64,000 nucleotides of DNA from Stylophora pistillata (Eukaryota): contig NW_019217948.1 in the NCBI RefSeq assembly GCF_002571385.2, positions 52,522-116,521 on the forward strand. The letters run 5' to 3'. How positions within the stretch are numbered: position 1 is the stretch's first letter; every line of letters starts with the position of its first letter. A model generated the notes under the pieces. It was given only the letters and a program-made list of their open reading frames with translations. It was not told where the DNA came from and ran no database searches. Position numbers and translations under genes: made by a program. This document shows, piece by piece, positions 61,054 to 64,000 of the stretch.

Positions 61054-62029
61054 ATGACGGAATTAATTAAGGTGTTTGTCTATGGGACCTTGAAAAAAGG
61101 ATTTGCAAACCATTACCTCATGCAGGATGGGAGAAATGGAGTGGCACGATTTATAACTATTGGACATACCAAGGATGTTTTCCCACTTGTTGTTGGGACA
61201 GATGCATCCATTCCTTTTATGCTTCCAGTGAAAAATCAAGGAAAGGTACTTAAATACAGCATTTACATCAAACAGCATAATAACATTAAACAGTGGAAGA
61301 CACTTAGCATGACTATCTGAGTGGTAAGATTATAATGTAAGTTACTCCAGCCCTGGGGAGAAACTGAACTTCTCAACAGTTGCTGGATGAAATTGTCACC
61401 ACAGTCTGACCTCTGACTTAAAGGGATAAATTTGTTAACAAAATGGTTCACATAGTACTCTTGGTGACTGTTTCAGTCTTTCAAAGATCCAATGTTTTTT
61501 ATTTTCTTTCAATGCATCCAATCCTCTTTCTCAAACAAGGATTTAGAATAGTGGGTGCTTCCTTCACAGTTTTCATACTTCAGGCTACAATGGCAAGAGA
61601 ATGAAGACTTCACACTACTTTGTTTGAGCCCATAATATCCGAGAGGGTACTTCTCTAAGGGATTAGAATCAAAATCATTCATTTTATTTTCTGACCAATG
61701 ACTGGTTTGTGTTATCTTTTATGTATCAGCAAGTCCATGGTGAGATATATGAAGTTGACAAGAATGTTCTGAGTAAACTAGATGATTTAGAAGATCATCC
61801 AACATGGTACAAGCGTTCAAAATGTGACATTGTCACAACTAAAGGAGCAACAGGAATTCAAGAAGGGGATATTGTACCTTGCTTTGCCTACTTTTTAACT
61901 GACTTCAAAGCATCATTCTTATCCCAAGATTTTCTCAATGAATACACCCTTGAGTGTCACCAGGCATACCTTGAATCTGACAAAAGATCCTTGCCTTATG
62001 ATGTGAAACTCCAGTCTCAAAGAAAATGA
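61054..62029 (+). CDS. GGACT: Gamma-glutamylaminecyclotransferase, 2 coding exons, about 163 aa
   Basis: Exons 61054-61245 (VFVYGTLKKG..NH, FPLVV..IPFML) and 61730-62029 (VHGEIYEVD..LDDLEDHPTWYKR); phase-0 GT-AG intron. Confidence 0.92.
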
Positions 62030-63225
62030 CCAGGAATTAACTTATCAAGGATTCTGCATTTATTGGGTCATTTAAAGACTGTTAGAACAACTCTTCACAC
62101 ACAGAAAGACACAGAATGTCCTTTCCACTTCTACAAACTATATCTGTCTTTAAGTTAAATCTCTAGAAAAGGAGTGTGGACTTATCAAGACTAAAGCAGA
62201 GTCTTGTATATTAACATCACTTTAATAGAAAGTGTAATTAAGGTTCCTTTTACAAGCTACAATTACAATACAATTTTTGTAAGGAAAACTATTCACTCTT
62301 AGTGTTATCAAGTATGCTACGTACAATCCTATTTTGCTCCATAATAGTTTAAAACCCCTTTTTCAGTTATCTAAGCTTTGAAAAGCCACACAACTAACAA
62401 TATGAATTTTTTAAAATTTTAGGTCTTGGATGCCTTGATGGGAAAATAAAATTTGAACACTGTATTACATTTCAGGTTACTTAAAGGAAAATTTTGATAA
62501 CATGATTAAGAACTAGAAACAAGGTAACACTCAGAACACTCAGCTTACTCTGTAAATTATGGAATAATTACTAATTAAAGATTCATTATTCAGCAACCCC
62601 ATAGTCCATTGGTTTCAAGATTCTAGATTAAAAGAGAAAAGTGCATTTTCCAAATGTAACCTCAGGGCAACAATTAAGACCTTCTTGCTATTTTGATTAC
62701 TTGATACTTGGACATAACTTTGCAATGGCTGACTTTCCTCATCCTAATGGGAATTCCTCATCCTAATGGAAATTTCATTTCTTCATCATTGTACAATTTT
62801 TCCAGATTGCAACTACAATTTTCCATTCAGCTTTTAAGAACACCATTTATTTGCGCTAAAAACTTCTGTTTATTTATTTATGTTTATTTATTTATGTTTA
62901 TTTATTTATTTATGCTAAAAACTTCATATTTTAACCAAAACATTTTGTTTGTATCAAGTAAAATTATTTAAGTACAAAGGTGCAGTGAAAATGGCCCAAA
63001 AGTTTAGCAACTTTATGATGCATGGAATACCACACAGTGACTGCAATTTCAAGCAAGATAATATGTTAAGGTTAAACTGAGGTTATATTCAGATCATTTC
63101 ACATTGAAATGAGTGAACCAGTTGTTGAGTTATCAATGGAAACCTTTGTTTGAGAAATAGCAGAATGATGCCAGTGCCTTAATCATAATAAGTACATTGC
63201 CAATCTAAGAGTGACTCCACTAAGA

Positions 63226-64000
63226 TCAGTGAGGAGAGAGTGAAGAATTTTTAGTGCTGGATACATAGCTATATATGGCTTTCTCTAGAAGTTCAGCTCT
63301 CTTCATTTCTTCATCATGAATTCTTTTGATTTCATTGTCTTTGCATCTGAGCTGTTCCTTTAGGTGTTCCAATTCACTTTCCATTATGCCTATTGCATCC
63401 CGGTGTCTTCTGGTCATTTCCATCATTCTACTTTCCAAGTCAGAAATTTTATCTCGCAGCTCAGACTGAGTTTTCCTTTCTGAGTCAAGTTCAATTCTTG
63501 ACCGATTTACCTCAGTTCTATAATCTGCATCTTTCTGTTCCACTTGCTGCTTCAAAGTTTCTATTTGCCTTCTAAACACATCATTGTCTCTGTTTGCAGA
63601 GTTAAGCTGAGACTGCAAATCTGTGATCTGAGTTAACTGTTTTGTGTTTTGGATTTGAAGCTCACTCTGTGATTGCTGGATCTGAGATATGTGCTCATCA
63701 TACTGTCTGGACCTAGTAATTTCATCTTGTTTTAACCTTGTCTTTGTGTTTCGGAGTTCTTCATCCGAGGAGATCCTCAATGACACCAACTGAGATTTTA
63801 AACTGCTAACTTCTTCTTCAAATGCATTCTTCTCTTCCTCCAACTTCATTATCTTTTCTTTTATAGTTTCACGATATTCCAGAGCTTTCTCTTGAAGATT
63901 GCTCACTTCTTTTTGTAGCCTTCTTTCAGTATTTAGAAGCTCTTCCTGGAATTTTTGATCACTAGCCTTTCCCTTATCTGCAAACTGGGTTTCCATGGTT
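63226..64000 (-). CDS. LRRC45: C-terminal coiled-coil region of leucine-rich repeat-containing protein 45; continues beyond the window
   Basis: Long coiled-coil ORF ending KDNEIKRIHDEEMKRAELLEKAIYSYV, matching my recollection of the LRRC45 C-terminal motif (EIxRIxDEExxRAxxLxxAxxxYV). The LRRs lie outside the window. Confidence 0.75.
   Translation of the reverse strand, partial: TMETQFADKGKASDQKFQEELLNTERRLQKEVSNLQEKALEYRETIKEKIMKLEEEKNAFEEEVSSLKSQLVSLRISSDEELRNTKTRLKQDEITRSRQYDEHISQIQQSQSELQIQNTKQLTQITDLQSQLNSANRDNDVFRRQIETLKQQVEQKDADYRTEVNRSRIELDSERKTQSELRDKISDLESRMMEMTRRHRDAIGIMESELEHLKEQLRCKDNEIKRIHDEEMKRAELLEKAIYSYVSSTKNSSLSPH

Overview
Intron-rich animal genomic DNA with several scaffold gaps. 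The repeat families and gene style suggest a scleractinian coral (inference). Genes I could reconstruct with GT-AG splice sites and continuous frames: CRPPA/ISPD (minus, 5091-16021), a 12-exon SLC23/NAT transporter (plus, about 20045-27315), two tandem polypeptide GalNAc-transferases (minus, 29684-35311 and 39545-45991), CDV3 and HINT3 head-to-head, GGACT, and the 3' end of LRRC45. The upstream GalNAc-T has two intact alternative first exons encoding different transmembrane/stem regions. The rest is dense with mobile DNA: R4/Dong-like and CRE-like RLE retrotransposons, L2-like and RTE LINEs, SINEs, Mutator-like MITEs, THAP and Harbinger remnants, and tandem hairpin elements. The best candidate for an undescribed system is two families of tRNA-containing repeats. 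They insert with the same architecture as the hammerhead-bearing Penelope derivative in this window (13-17 bp target-site duplication, 5' inverted partial copy, tandem units), and one family shows compensatory base changes in hairpins outside the tRNA. All homology calls are from recognition of motifs, not from database searches.
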